From positions 10,912,001 to 10,976,000 of the forward strand of contig JAQFVV010000005.1 of the NCBI GenBank assembly GCA_028023455.1: a stretch of 64,000 nucleotides of DNA, given 5' to 3'. Below are positions 1-12,867 of the stretch, one piece after another. The stretch comes from Epiperipatus broadwayi. Its lineage: Eukaryota; Animalia; Onychophora. Numbering within the stretch: position 1 is the stretch's first letter; every line of letters starts with the position of its first letter. The position numbers were made by a program, and so were the translations under genes. Below the pieces are notes generated by a model. It worked only from the letters and a program-made list of their open reading frames with translations, ran no database searches and was not told the DNA's origin.

Positions 1-129
1 TTAAAGAAATATTTGGAATGACTTTTATTAAATTAAATGAAAATTATTTTACTTTTAATTTGCAATATTTGAATCTATTTACTAAACGAATATTTACTAA
101 ATGAATTTTATTTTAAATCAAAATATATT

Positions 130-440
130 ACGACGGTAATATATTTGTAAATAGATTCAAACAAAATAACTTTAACAATTTATAATTTTGATATGTTTTA
201 AAATGCATATCATAGTGTGTGCGAAATTACGACTTATATAACCTTTTTAATAAATCAAAATTATGTGAACATATACATAATCTATAATCTTTTATTTATT
301 TGGGAATGACTTATATATATAATACGAGCATTGTACTCGTGGTTTAAAATTAGGTGGGATTTTCGGTATATAAGCGTATTGCAGACACACTACGCTAGAT
401 TGAGTTCAAACTAAGGTATGACGGTAGGAAATAGGTAAGA
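130..440. promoter_or_regulatory. CpG-retaining patch, possible promoter/first exon
   Basis: Cluster of CpGs in otherwise CpG-poor DNA, TATATAAG near 367, GT donor-like sites (AAG|GTATG ~415, TAG|GTAAG ~434). No downstream CDS identified. Confidence 0.22.
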
Positions 441-1999
441 AAAGGTGAAACAAAGATCTGCAAAGCAGACCTTACTGTTTCAATACTCAAAAGTATTGCA
501 GCCATGTGACATATAACAAAATATTAAAAAAATTAATGATAAATTCAATAATTACTTATGGAATAAGAAAAATAATAAGCAAACTATATTACACTTCCAA
601 GCTCCATATTCAATACTCCATAGCAATCAGTTTCCAAGGTAAACAGGTGAGTGAATTAAGATTTGCATTTACTTTTAAATGATTAATGCATAGTAAATAC
701 ATTTATGATAGGGAACAATTGAAAATTATAATAATTTATTGTTTTCAATGTCAGCTTAGCTTTGTTTTATCAATAAAGCTGATATCAGTTACTTTTCTTA
801 GTTATATCACTAGTGCTATATGATTGGAAACTTAATTCTGAATAGACAATCAATGCATTGCCTCACATAACATAAATCTCTCTTGCTGATAATAGTCAGT
901 AATCATGGATCCCTAACTTCAAAAAATATTGTTTCATATGTTTTATATATACTGTCCACCCATACAACAATCTGTGCTGAACTATCAAAAACAACATTGT
1001 ATTTTTCAAAATATATTTAATGCATGTACAAAGATATTATCTTTAGTTAATCCATTGTTTACAAGTTTCTTAATTACAATTTCAATTAAATTGAACACAT
1101 AAAAATAATATTAGTTACTGCAACTCATTTAATTTGAAATATTTTTTTTAAAAACTGGCAATTTAAATTCTAAAGTTACTAATCTTTATTTTATTAAAAA
1201 ATGTATAATATAATTAGTTTAAAAGTATAATCTATTATTACATATATAAGGGAACAGCAACAGCAACCATTTACAAAGAAATGTAGCCATTTCAATTGCA
1301 AGATGTAAAAAATAACACAAAAAAATAATAACATCAGGTATATACAAACTAACCTGTGAACCATAAATACTTATATGCATACAGAGCAAGGTGACCCATT
1401 ATATTTCTGTGGCAAAATTTTCTTTCTCAAATATTTCAATAGGATGTATAATTGTAGCTCTCAAGTATGTATTCCATCATCAATCCAACATTTCATATCA
1501 ATAAACATTAAACTTCTTTAGAATGTCTTAGAGATCTTTATAATGTAAATAGGGTCTGTCTCTCATTAAATCTATGCTCAAGTTAACAATAAGCTACTAT
1601 GAATTATGCTATCCCTTAGGCTAGTTTATAATTAGAAGGCTAAACTTTCTAGGTCATGGTTTCTTATTTCATGCAGTCTTAAAAATATCAAACTTTAAAA
1701 GTAAATTAAAAATGACTATAAACTCATAAGAGGAAGACTTCACCAGTAATAACAGGTGAAATGTCCTACATCAGAGGCAAACTATGACTATTATTCCATT
1801 ATAATATTTGACACCTCTTCCACCAGTAGTTTGAGACCTTAAACAATATCAGGTTGTCATCTCCCCTATCCATAGTTATAAATGACATCTCTTCCAGTAG
1901 AATTATGGTATCATCATTGATAAATATGACACCTCTCATGTGGGCTTATGTTCTATCAGTAATGAAGTAGGATCTCTATTTCTAGTGAAGTGTGAGACC

Positions 2000-3350
2000 T
2001 TCTATTAGTAAGTATCCAATATTTGTTGAAGCAAATTGTAATTATTTTTGGCAGATATTTGCATAGAACTGACAAAAATCTGATGGGCCCATAAATCCTC
2101 ATGTTTTTACATATCTCTTAAATATTAGTCATACTATTACATTCTTCCAATAATCTAGTACAGCTTTATTGTTTAAATATGAATGCATAGTTTTACCAAC
2201 AATTTTCTTATTTCTTCATCTACTTATTTTAAAATAACAATAATAATTCCATCATTTCCTGGAATTTTTCCTTTTTTTTTCATAAATTTAATTGCATGTC
2301 TCCCTTTTTTTAAAAAAAAAGACAGGAAATTTCAGAAGATAAAGAAATTGCAGTAGTTCTTTTGTTTCTTGTTTTTTATCTTTATAGAACTCTTCCACAC
2401 ATTTAATGACATTTACTTAACAATAGATCTATCTGTTCTTATTTCTCTTCCAAGATCAAGATGCTTCAATAGCTTTTTTTGCTAACTTAATAATTATAAT
2501 CTCTCATATTATTAAGCTGTATCATTTTACAAATTCCCAATTTAAAATAATTGGACTGTTTTTGAAGGTTAATACTGATTTTCTTAATAGTTCTGTCTCT
2601 CCAGTTTTGTGTTAATACATATCTTATATCATACTAACTGTGATAACTTTCAATGGTGAATCTATTAAGAATATTACAATCTTATAATACTATTAGTCAA
2701 AATGTAATCTGATTTAGATCTCCCTTGATTTGGATGCTTCTATGTTCATTTGTTGGAGCATTTTTATAAAAAAATTTATAAGATATAGTTTTTTTTTTTT
2801 GAAAACTCGACAAGTTTGTATCCTCTGTTATGTTACACATTGCACTTTTATCTTTCAATCATTTGTCAATTCCTTCACTAAAATCTCCATAAGTATAAAT
2901 GTTTGGTGTGATCAAAAAATCTACAAAAATCCTCTTTTTCATCACAATGAGAACTTGATGGGAATAATCTTGAATAATTTGCATCTTGCCACTTTAGCTA
3001 ATTTAGCAAAAATCACAATATTGTTCTTCCCTTTATAGTAAATCCATCTCCACTTTTACTTCCAATACTTGTCTTTGAAGCAAAGTACTTAATTATTTTT
3101 TTAAATCAATTGCCTTTTCATCTTTCTAACTTTGTAATATCCAAAAACTTCCCATTTAACAGGAGTGTTTTTTTACATTTATAGAATCTCCCTTCACTTG
3201 AAAATGATCTATAGCTGTAAGTAGCTAAATAAAAAGTTATCATCGAATAGCAGCCTGAGTTGTAATCAGGAATTCTTAGCATCCTCTGCTTTCCAGATGT
3301 CAACTTGATGACTTTGCAGCTTTCTGGAAATAAGAACCCGTAATTTGGTT
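2000..3350 (-). mobile_element. Heavily decayed RTE-like LINE fragment (endonuclease end, linker, RT start)
   Basis: Minus strand reads KIPGNDGI (K.PG.DG motif) near 2250-2270; the linker resembles the 7200-7420 RTE copy; many stops. Confidence 0.45.
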
Positions 3351-4964
3351 TTGTCTGTCATATAAGTTTAAATATCTAATAAAATATCATTTACACACAT
3401 ATTCCTTCTGTATTCAAGATAACTTAATGTTTTAGCTAAAAACTATTAAATAACTATGAAAAGAGACATGGTCTTTCTTGATTTTACAATCAAGGTAAAA
3501 AGCTAATAATCTCATAATAGTGGCTGATGAATGTTGGTGAGCAGGCCGTTGATGTCATTTTACCATATAAATAATCATATAAGAATAACAGTTGCAATGA
3601 CTAGAATGGACATTAATTTTCCTTGCTTGATTTTTTTGGAGCCTCTAAGAAAATCAAAATGTCTTCTTTCAGTTAATTGCAAATTTCTTTAGTATTTATA
3701 TTAATAAATTTAAAACAACTAGTAAAATCCTGCTTGCTCCATGTGATTTCAATTAATATGAATTTCTTTTCCAGAAAATTACTGCTGTTAAGATACTTCA
3801 AAATTAAATATTGCCAGTGTTTTTAAATTTAAATAGAATTTAGATTTATTACTGTGATTGTAGTTCTATTTATCTATCTGTTTTTTATATCATTTATAAA
3901 CTTCTGAATAATTTGAAGTGATTTATAAAAAAAATATTGATGTGATGTAAAATTAATTTCTTAAATGAAGCCAGAAGTTTCTAAAATGATGATCAAAAAT
4001 ACTTTTAGCCAAATTAAACAGTCCTTCCTATTGAAATTGTTATTCACTCAAAAAAAACTCATCTATTTACTTTATATGAAAAAATCATTATTCCAGTTTT
4101 TATTTATTACTTTTGTTTTTCCTATCCCATTTTAATAAATGCTGTTTCATTAATTCCACTATGTATTTTCATATTTCCAATTTCGTACAAACAAAAAATC
4201 ACAAAATATTTCATCTTACATTTCCTTTCTCTTTATGCTTCTCTCATTCTGCATTCAATTTATTCTAATCATTTTAAGTATCTTACATTTCAACAATATA
4301 TATTTTTTTCTTAAATTCCCACATAAACTTCATCTGCAGTTCAAATTTTCATTTCAGTTTAGCATTATTTATCTAGCACCTAAAGTTCCTGACCCTGCAC
4401 TAGATAATATGCTTTCTCTAGTATTATATTACAAACTTTGTTATTCTTATATAACTCCAAATTATTATTTTTTTCATATAGAATACATTATATATTTATT
4501 AACATTTCTTATATAAATACATTACAATGCCAAAGTTTGCACACTGTAAAATCTTTGCTACTCAACATGTCTTTAAATAATCATACGATATACATTTTAT
4601 TCCAGATATTTTAATTTCTCTCCTTTCAAATACAGCCCTCATCATTCTTTTGCTATCCACAGTTAATCACTCGAAGCCCATATTTATTATTTGAATCTAT
4701 TTAAAATTTCTGGATCCTTTTGATTTATACAAAGCATCCCATTTCCAAATATTAAGGAAGACATCAATACAACTTTCAAAATTGCTTTATAGAATTTTTT
4801 ATAAATTTGTTGAGAAACAATGATTTATCATTTATATTTTCAAACCTTATTCCCAGCCATCTGTTAATTTTTTTTTCCCATTTAACAAACTTCTTCAAGA
4901 CAAATATTTCAAATAATTCATTCCTCCATTTTAGTTTTCCCATTAAATATATTTTCAATGTCAA

Positions 4965-5067
4965 GCGTTGTTAGTCAAGAGATCAGTGCAGTCGTCTTGC
5001 AAGCAAGCAGTTGGTTGCAGACGGTTGTTGCGGGTTCGCCTCCCAGCCGATGCTATGACATATGAAA
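4965..5067 (+). mobile_element. tRNA-derived short SINE, copy 1
   Basis: GC-rich island with B-box-like GGGTTCGCCTCCC; homologous to the reverse complement of 59341-59439, sharing the end GATGCTATGACAYATGAAA. Confidence 0.6.
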
Positions 5068-5506
5068 TATATATATATATTTTCATTATTTTCTTACTGA
5101 ATTTCATTTTCAGGTTTTTAATCTACCCATCTTATAACAACTCTTTGTTTTTTAATTTTTGTTTCTTGACATTTCTCTAAAAACAACCTCATACCTTAAA
5201 ATTTTCATGCTTCTTTGTCTTCTCCAAAATTCTCTACAACTCTCATATATTTATTTTTTTTGCTTCTTTTTGCTTCATTGCATTTCTCTAAAAACAGCAC
5301 TCTATCTTCTAAACTATTTGTAAAAAAAAAGCTATCATATTACATATTCTCCTAGTTCACATGATCACCATTTTCTATGCTTACACAAGCTGCTAAAACA
5401 GTAACAAACTTTCCAAACTAGTGCCAGCCAGTGCAAGCAATAGTAATCAATGGATATAAGAAGATCTGCGTATAAAATTCCTATCTAGTAACTACTCATC
5501 CAATAT

Positions 5507-5545
5507 CCCCAGACTAGTTTCTGGTTTGAGGTATTCATCAGTGAG
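5507..5545 (-). ncRNA. Minimal type-I hammerhead motif, family A (stem II decayed)
   Basis: Minus strand CUCA-CUGAUGA-AUACCUCAAACCA-GAAA-CUAG-UC-UGGG: core, GAAA, palindromic stem III, GUC site and stem I present. Confidence 0.6.
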
Positions 5546-5736
5546 AAGCCATGGATCTGTGGGCACCGCATCTAGATTCAAATCTATATAACTATACAAG
5601 TGAATGAGCTTGAATTGAAAACATGTTTTCATTTAGGACTCATAGCTTTATAGTTCACTAAAGAGCTGAAAGGTGACTACTAGAGAATTGCATTAGATCT
5701 TAAAATCTAGGTGCAGGGCTCTCAGATCCAAGACTT

Positions 5737-5771
5737 CTCACTGATGAAAGCCACAAGAGACTAGTCTGAGG
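5737..5771 (+). ncRNA. Hammerhead motif, family A (GAAA and stem II damaged)
   Basis: CUCA-CUGAUGA-AAGCCACAAGA-GA-CUAG-UC-UGAGG; stem I CUCA/UGAG intact. Confidence 0.5.
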
Positions 5772-7977
5772 ATATTGGATAAGTAGGCATTAGATAGGAT
5801 TTTATGTACAAACCTTCTTGCATTCATTGATTACTATGGCTTGCACTGGATGGCTTTACTATATGAAAGTTTGTCACTGTTTTATTCTCCTAGTTCTCAC
5901 TATGGTGATCCCTAACCTTAGTGAAAAATTTTCTATTTCAACTCTCTTAGAAATAAAATATCTAAGAAAGATAATAGGTATCCCTGGTTCAACTCAAGTT
6001 TAATTTCCAATAATTTTAAATACCCTAATTCTTATTTATAAAATTTACCTTTGTAAAGCTTCACACATTTTTAATAACACTCAAGTTATTCATTATACAT
6101 TCACATTTTTAGACTACTACATCACATACTTTTTCTGTATTCAAAAATGCAATACATTATTTTAATGAATTATATAAAAATAAATTATTTTTCATTCATT
6201 TGTCTAAATAAAATTCACTCTGGATCTCATAAGATTTTGTTCTCTTACATCCAAGTCAAACGTCATATCAATGTATATTAATATATATATTATTTTATTA
6301 TTAATATAGAATCTTTCATCTTTTCTTTATATAATTCTCACAAATAATCTTCTAAAATTCTAAAGAACCTTTCTTTTAAACCAACCCTTGCATATTCCAT
6401 GCCTATTACCACTTCATCTGCACCACTATCTAATCTGCTTGCTTTTTGACATATCAGAAATGTCTCTTGTTGTATTCAATTCTGCCTCTATCATTTTATC
6501 TTATTATCAATTAAATTCACCATTAAGATATTCACTTATTAATTCTCTTTCATCCATACATTTTGTTACAAAGTTAGAGAACATCTTTCTCAATTTCTCT
6601 CCTTTCTACATTTAACAATATAGCAGACTTTACTTATTCATTTCCCATCTTCATATATCTCAAAATTTTTCATATCTTTTTTTTTTACTATTTATATCCT
6701 CAGATAACTTTTAAGATCATTACATTTCAATCTTAATTTGATTTAAAGTACTTGTTTTTTTCATCCTATCTAACTTTTATTTCAATGTCTCCCACTTGTT
6801 TCTTAATAGCCTCTTTATACTTCCTATATGCACTTTCTTTACACTATGTTAAGTAGTTTATATTATTTTTGCTTGTTAAATCTCTTATCTATAAATAAAT
6901 ATTCAGTTGCAACCTACTTCGTCACATGAGTCCAGTCTTCATAAATTCTACATCATTCATAAATATTTTCAAGACATGCATAAATCTATTAAATTTTGTA
7001 AAGGAGGGTTGCCTGTGTGTAAAAAATGAACAAAAGAATATATGCCTTTTTATATATGAAAATAATTTTTTTAATATTAAAAAAAAATATTAAATATTAC
7101 CTTATTGCCTATTTTCTATCCATCTTTATCAATATTTCTATAAGTATTAGTACTTAATCTTTAAATAGTTCTATCAGCATAAAATTATGATACTATTATA
7201 TGAAAAGGAATTAATAATGATATAAGAAAACACAATTGTGAATTGACATAAAAAAAAGACTGTAGAACAGAATAACTTTCAAAAATGTTAAATATATTGA
7301 TATTAGAAGGAAAGTTGTTTTACCAATAACAAAAGATGGAACTATAGCTAAAAAGAGAAATGACATCAGGAAATATGTAGAAGATTTCTATAAATAATTA
7401 TACAGTAATAAAGAAGAAGAAAATAATAAGCCTTAAAATAATAATATTACATCTTCTGAATTACTAAAAATCATAAATGAAAAAGTGAAAGACACCAATT
7501 AAATCTGTAAAAAAAAAAAAACTCCATGAAAGAATTATTATTGATATTTTAAGAAAAATTATGAAGAAATAGAAAAATTGTTGCAAGCAAATTTCTAAAT
7601 AATAAAAATGTATCAGATGACTGGAAGAATGCAATAAAGAAAATTGATGAAGATATTAAAAAATAATAGTTCTATCAGCCCTATGCAAAACATTTACCAT
7701 GATAATTACAATTTGTCTAAGCAAGTTTTGGATTCTATCCAGTCAAAAAATAAGCTACATTTAAAAGTGCTTTTAGCACAAAAGATTCATTCTAGTATTG
7801 AGAAAGGTTAAAGAAAAGACCAATGAATACCAGTTTATCATTTTGCTTTGCATTTGTAGAATATGAAAAGGCATTTTATTCAACAAGCATTTCTATGATG
7901 ATTAAAGCACTGAATCAACAAGATATAAATCTGGGACATTATTATATTCTAGAAGAATATCAAATGCAAGAGCAGTT

Positions 7978-8206
7978 TATAATAACTCCCCTCATATACA
8001 CTTTAATGTAAAAAAATTTAAATATACAGTTTCAACTGTCCTGCAGTCTTCATCAGAGAGTTAACGCTCTGATGAAGACTGCAGGACAGTCGAAACTCAG
8101 AAAAATAAAGAAATATATTTAAAAAAATTTGCATTAAAGTGTATATGAGGGAAGTAAATAAATGAAGAAATGCAAAGAAAGTAAAGGAGAAGAATACGAA
8201 TATACT
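7978..8206 (+). mobile_element. Family B fold-back hammerhead element inserted in an RTE
   Basis: Inverted repeat 7985-8155 with 8-nt loop 8059-8066; approximate TSD tgca(a/t)gagcagtt at 7965 and 8207; the RTE resumes after it. Confidence 0.82.
8067..8096 (+). ncRNA. Hammerhead core, family B (3' cleavage region decayed); an inverted copy lies at 8025-8058
   Basis: CUGAUGA(8069-8075)-A-GACUG-CAGGA-CAGUC-GAAAC with a perfect 5-bp stem II. Confidence 0.62.
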
Positions 8207-9479
8207 TGCATGAGCAGTTATTAGATTATATGGTTATACTAAAAAGATTAACATTAAAAAATTTAATAGTAAAGGTTACACTATCCTGGAAAGATTATAA
8301 ATTTAATAAAATATTATTTCTAAGTATTTCTTTTGACCAGGTTGATCATATTCATAGAACTACTGCAAGTTTATATAAATAGAATTTATAAGTTAATAAT
8401 TTATATATACCACTTATCTGATAATGCAATGCACAAATCTTTCTTAATTATTGCTTTGATGTTATTTGCAATAAACCATACCTCTTTATATTTTTTTTCG
8501 ATCATTGCACTCAGTGCAAACAACTTTTATATTAAGAGAATCAAATTGTGACCAGACTTCATTTCATGTTCTAAAAATGTAGACTAGGGTCTGTTTTAGC
8601 ACCTTTATATATATATATATTTATGTTATGTATAAAAGTTGTATAACAGCATGATTCCATAGATCCAAAACTTTTACCAGCAGTTTTGTAATAAATATTT
8701 TGTGTAATAACATGAGTAGCTAAGAGATTAGAAGTGAATGGAGATCACTTATCTCATGTAGATTTTGTAGATGACGCAATTATTTTTTCAAATAGTGCTT
8801 CAAACTTCAAGAGAGATTACAAGGGTTATCAGATGAAAATAAGAACATAGAACTAAAGATAATACTAAAATAATTAAAGAAATGTTCAATGGATTTTCTC
8901 AAAAGAAAACAAAAATTGATAATGATTGATACATTAGAGGAAGTTAACAATTACAAATACATTGATCAGATTATTAATACAGATAGAAACATAATGGATA
9001 AAATTATTCATAGATTTAAACTTGGATGAAGTGTTTTTAGTAGAAACAACTTAGTATTCCTATTTATGTTTGAAAAGGAAGACTTTTAATATATGTTTTA
9101 TCAGGTTTACTTATGGATTTAAGATTTTGGAGACTTTAAACCACTGAACAAAGTATGGAGATATATATATGTTAGGAATAACAAGAAGGGACTAAAACAA
9201 AATGCATGAATGAGAAAATAAACATGCATCATTGACATGATTAAAAAATTAAGAGACTGAACTAGAAATGGATTGGACATATTGCTAGAAGATTTAACAG
9301 ATAGACAGTTGACATTTTAAATTGGATTCCAGAAATTGTAAAAGAATACCACAAATGAGATGAATGGATGAAATAAATTTGTTGTGAAATGAGGCTAGAG
9401 ATTAGAAAAACTGAATTAAACATGGAGAAATCTTTATCATAGAGTGAATCAATAATGATAATAACATAATCAAAAGTAT

Positions 9480-10600
9480 ATTTTGAATTCTATTTTCACC
9501 ATGTAAATTTCTTTGAGCTTTTTATTCAAATTCTGAACTTTTATTCCATTTTGGTTCATCAATATTTTTAAATGCTCTATTCATAATTTTTACATCTCTT
9601 TCTTAATATGGCTATTCACATCAGCTACAGACAATATATTATAATTATTCTTTCTCAATTGATCTATATCATTCTCTATAAATTCTCAATTTCATTCTAC
9701 TCTTTCATGTCCTCACCATTTCTAATGGTTAAATATACTATATCTTACATTCATTTCTTTTTTAATTCAATTTCAATCTACTACATACACGAACATTCTA
9801 AAAATCTGCCATTGCAAATTATTTACATCCTTCTCTACTACTGTCAACAAATCTAATTTTTCTCCTATAAAAACAAATGAATCCACTTATTCATATCTCT
9901 ACACTCTACAAAGGCAAGTTTTTATGAACTTCTTTCAAATATTCTTTACTTATTACAATGTCCTGCCACTTGTAAGAAGTTAATTTCTATCCTTCCATCC
10001 TCCATAACTCTATCTTAATTTTCATTTATTCCTTCCTTTCTCTAAATATAACCATATTCATCATTTTTACTTTAATATTACTTCTTTATATATTCCATTT
10101 CACCAATTTCTACAGATTAATGGATACAAATTATAATTTAATGCATCTAATACTTTATTCCCTTTTAAATAAATCCATTTCAATTGATTACATCTTATAA
10201 TATAAAAAAATCAATATTATTATGATACATATTCGACTTGGGTTAATGCTGCACACCATGTTTAAATTTAAACTACTATCAAACAATTGTAATAATCCCT
10301 TCACAACCATTTTTTTTTTCCTTAAACACTTAAGTCATATCTTCAAACTTATTATCCTTTAATACACTTACCTACATCATTTATTCCAATCTTCACCGTT
10401 ATATTTGTTTCTTTTTGTAACATACTAACAATCTCCAATTCCCAATACCTCATGAACACAGCCTTTCATTTTTCCTAATCAATGAATAATTCCATATATT
10501 CTCATGAATATTAATTTTCACCCATCCACTGCATCTGTTGCATTTCTCTACCACCTTATTAATCAACTATCCCAATATATTCCCCAAATTTGCTATTTTC
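9480..10600 (-). mobile_element. Probable very decayed LINE fragment
   Basis: Same pyrimidine skew and word usage as the minus-strand LINE at 23-26 kb; no clean motif read. Confidence 0.3.
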
Positions 10601-10619
10601 ATAATTATTCTTTGCACTA

Positions 10620-11330
10620 ATATTAACATCTGATAAAATTATATCAAGAAAACGAAATTCAACAAAATTTGTAGTTCTTAAAAAATAACGAATTCTCGCA
10701 ATAGAAATTAAAAAACAACTCTGACATTTCATACAGATATTTGTTTAATTTTAGTAAGCAAAATTTTCCGGATTTCAAATACTGTACTGAATAAGAACAC
10801 CTAATTTAGCAAAGCTACCATAATAAATTTGACATTTAATGACTACTCCCCTACATAATTCTATTCTTTAATATGCAAATACCATATCACAGTTTTCAAA
10901 TGTATAACAAAATCATTAACATCGTTTTATTATGAGATTCTAAATATGAACTTTAAAACTACCATTACATATATCAGAAAGATATGATTGATTCAATTAA
11001 TGTTAGTCTTGCAGACGTAAACTCATCTTCACATTCAAGAAAAACTGCGTTAAAGAATTGAGATAAATAAGAATAATATCAATCATTTTTTTAAAAAAAT
11101 TAATAAAATTTCTTCCATTTAATTTTCCCAGTAAATCTTCTAACGTAACAATAGGCTTCTAAAATCAGCGGAGTTAATTCTAATATGTTTAGATGAAGAA
11201 ACGAATAAAACTTTGCACTTATCTTTATTAAACGAATCTTGAATGCACTCTTAACTTTTATCGAATTTTACATTACATTTGCGACACCGATGGATTTCAT
11301 GTAAAGCTTTCTCAAAGGAATTCGCTTCAT
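10620..11330 (-). pseudogene. Decayed C2H2 zinc-finger remnants
   Basis: Minus-strand pieces HRCRKCNVKF, ENCDMVFAY, KCQIYYGSF, ICMKCQSCF, separated by stops and frameshifts. Confidence 0.4.
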
Positions 11331-11479
11331 TCCCTCTTTTGAGTCCCGAAATATTTAAAAAAAGAGAAAAATTTCAATTTCTATCGATAAAAGCAATTTT
11401 ATAATATTCAGTAACAAAAATTATTACAAACAAATTTTCAATCTTTATTTCAAAATATCCTAATTACTAATCTAGGCTA

Positions 11480-12200
11480 TAAATAAAATAACGTACCTCA
11501 AGGTTTATTACAAATTAACTTAAAACAGAAATTAAACGACTGCATTTAACCGCCATCTGTTGACTCACAGTGAAAATAAAACAAAATATGCACCTTTAGA
11601 TAAGTGTATTCAAGGTGAAACAAACATTAGTTTGCACTGTATTATTTTAGTAACGTAGTTATATTTCATTAATTTACTGATACAATTATATTTCAATTAA
11701 ATAAACTGTAGAACAAATAAATTAATATGGAAGTTTTCGCAATGTCTTTTTCTTTTCCTAAACACAAGTAGCATTTCTTACACATTTTGACCATATTATT
11801 ATGGAAAAATTATTTTTGTCTCAACCTGTACAATCGTCTCTAAATATAATAAATCATTTAATAATATGTCTGTGCGTATATGTGTAAATAAAGATCGTTT
11901 ATTTTCGTAAATACGTAATTTTTTTTTATTTATAAAACATTTCTTTCATTTAAAAAATTACTCTAGAAAATCTACTAAGAAATCGCCGCAATAGCAAATT
12001 TAACTGAATAAAAAATTTGTATGCAGAAAAAAGCATTTACATACAAGTTAGCTGAGAGTAAATGAACCTCACGCAGAGAAGTGAGGTAATTAAAAAAGAG
12101 TAAGTATTTGTTGTCGGTTTAAATGATTAACAAAGAAAAGTTTAATTAACAGAAATAAACCAAACCGCAAATGAGAAAGAATAGCAGGATGATGTTTGGT
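11480..12200. promoter_or_regulatory. CpG-retaining, possibly bidirectional promoter region
   Basis: Dense CpGs, CCGCCATCT motif ~11550, outward-facing donor-like sites (minus GAG|GTACGT ~11497; plus GAG|GTAATT ~12086). Confidence 0.35.
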
Positions 12201-12562
12201 ATGTGTAGTTAGTATTTAATAATTTATATATTGTATAATTGAAAAATTAAATTTTATAAAATCTTTAAAGGACAAAAGAAATAATTACAGAAAGTTTACG
12301 ATTAATTAATCTATTATTAATGAAATGTTATTATCTTGAAATATTTTTATCTTATTTAGGTTTTTTATTATTATCATTTTTTTAATTGTTTAGTTTTGCC
12401 TTAATGCATACAGTTTAATTTTAACAAAATATGTTTTTAATAGTCTTCAAAATAAATATCTTCTTAGGAAGTTAATCTTTTAATTAAAAAATCTCTTACA
12501 AATCTTGGGTTTTCCACAACTATCCTTGGTTAAATTTTATTTATTTTCATGAAATCATTTTT

Positions 12563-12867
12563 TTATCAGAAGTATATTCTCTTATTCTTCTCTTTCACTT
12601 TCTTTGCATATCTTCATATATTCATATATATATATTGCTTATAACAGTTCTTTCATATACACTTCAATGCAAACAAATTTTCTTAAAACCTTCTTTATTT
12701 TCCTTACAGTTTCAACTGTCCAGTAGTCTTCATCAGAGAAGAAAAATAGAGGTACTTTGATGAAGACTGCTGAACAGTTGAAACTATAAGGAAAATAAAG
12801 AAGGTTTTAAGAAAATTTGTTTGCATTGAAGTGTATATGAAAAAACTGTTATAAGCAATATATATAT
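12563..12867 (-). mobile_element. Family B fold-back hammerhead element
   Basis: Perfect 14-bp TSD atgaaatcattttt (12549-12562, 12868-12881); inverted arms ~12621-12738 and 12755-12872; same tail as the 8-kb copy. Confidence 0.88.
12701..12740 (-). ncRNA. Minimal type-I hammerhead, family B, best-preserved copy; inverted partner 12755-12791 has C3U
   Basis: Minus strand UUCU-CUGAUGA-A-GACU-ACUGGAC-AGUU-GAAA-CUG-UA-AGGA; predicted GUA cleavage triplet. Confidence 0.72.

Larger units (their letters stand above)
5359..5882 (-). mobile_element. Family A ORF-less fold-back retroelement with two inverted hammerhead motifs (Penelope pLTR-like)
   Basis: Perfect 14-bp TSD tattctcctagttc (5345-5358, 5883-5896); inverted arms ~5430-5582 and ~5701-5850 around a ~120-bp spacer; homologs at 15.1, 26.2 and 62.4 kb. 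Confidence 0.85.
3650..6860 (-). mobile_element. Decayed LINE ORF2 remnant related to the 23-26 kb family, interrupted by a SINE and a hammerhead element
   Basis: Patchy similarity to 23.4-24.5 kb (e.g. ttttgcttcattgcatttctc vs tttgcttcatttatcaatt); purine-rich minus strand; no intact ORF. Confidence 0.45.
7190..9460 (+). mobile_element. Decayed RTE LINE, same family as 33898-35277, interrupted at 7978-8206 and ~8265-8625
   Basis: Collinear with the 34-35 kb copy (FAFVEYEKAF; gattttgtagatgac = FxDD; ggacatattgctagaag). Confidence 0.75.

Noticed and set aside
6918-7012. Splice-flanked minus-strand segment; similar at ~1354-1500 and ~32590-32765
   Set aside because: Stops in all useful frames and no recognisable protein.
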